This document shows, in pieces, positions 46,681 to 47,440 of a DNA stretch of 47,440 nt. Within the stretch, counting starts at the first letter, position 1. Every line of letters begins with the position of its first letter. This DNA comes from Octopus bimaculoides (taxonomy: Eukaryota). The notes below the pieces were generated by a model, which saw only the letters and a program-made list of their open reading frames with translations, was not told where the DNA came from and did not search any database. The stretch is taken from assembly GCF_001194135.2 (NCBI RefSeq), contig NC_068989.1:71886432-71933871 (forward strand), given 5' to 3'. The translations under genes and the position numbers were made by a program.

Positions 46681-47261
46681 CTAGACATTTTTCTTGTCAA
46701 GTGGCTTTATCAGTTAGACTATTTTCATTAAGTCACTTTCACAAAAATGTTGCAATTTTGTAAGCAAAGTTTTGAAATAAAGGTGAATATTTGATAAGAT
46801 TTAACAAATATTAGTCATGTTTACATTAAAAACGGCCAAGTGACTCCCCAAATTATAGTGCTACCTGTCATCATTATCATCCTTTAACTTGATGATGATG
46901 ATGATAGATTCCACTATAAGCTGTGAGCCAACTGCAAATACCTACTTTGACAACCCCAAACTAAGGGTGTGACCTATCAACTGGTGCAACCTATCTATGA
47001 GTATATATGGTACTTATTTAATATACAGAGCACTCTCTCATGATACCATCTCCCTCCATAATCAGTATCATGACATCACCTCATTAGATTGATATTCCTA
47101 TACATAGGAGTGGCTGTGTGGTTGAGTAGCTTGCTTACCAACCACATGGTTCTGGGTTCAGTCTCACTGCATGGCTCCTTGGGCAAGTGTCTTCTACTAT
47201 AGCCTTGGGCTGACCAAAGCCTTGTGAGTGGATTTGGTAGACAGAAATTGAAAGAAGCCTG

Positions 47262-47296
<35 letters not shown>

Positions 47297-47440
47297 GTTT
47301 AACGTCCGCTTTCCATGCTAGCATGGGTTGGACGATTTGACTGAGGACTGGTGAAACCGGATGGCAACACCAGGCTCCAGTCTGATTTGGCAGAGTTTCT
47401 ACAGCTGGATGCCCTTCCTAACGCCAACCACTCAGAGAGT

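Overview
AT-rich, repeat-dense animal genomic DNA with four N-gaps (784-1332, 3277-3286, 14865-15274, 28801-29153). The SINE/LINE families and the (TA)n/(CA)n/(GAT)n load suggest a cephalopod (Octopus); this is inferred, not searched. The only host gene I can build is a minus-strand, 5-exon, 12-TM MFS transporter of the SLC16/monocarboxylate-transporter family. Coding exons are 43427-43099, 24883-24687, 22392-22249, 19804-18656 and 12350-12217; all introns are GT-AG, phases match, and the 1953-nt CDS gives 650 aa. Exons 2-5 are solid and exon 1 is a reasoned prediction. The rest is transposon debris: a Helitron PIF1 helicase remnant, Penelope-like RT and GIY-YIG remnants, Hero-, CR1/L2-, Dong/R4- and RTE-type LINE remnants, a DD37D (maT) and a mariner fragment, piggyBac-like MITEs, at least three tRNA-derived SINE families, many RTE 3'-tail copies and several minisatellites. 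Most ORF-track entries are repeat, microsatellite or gap artefacts. I see no demonstrably new biological system. The strongest leads are (i) two adjacent near-perfect foldbacks in intron 2, a 104-bp arm pair with a single A.C mismatch in the pre-mRNA and a 34-bp arm pair overlapping a hammerhead-like motif; (ii) a SINE flanked by a ~113-bp direct duplication; (iii) dispersed minimal hammerhead-ribozyme-like motifs; (iv) a PHD-type zinc finger in frame within an RTE reverse transcriptase; (v) the divergent SLC16 itself.
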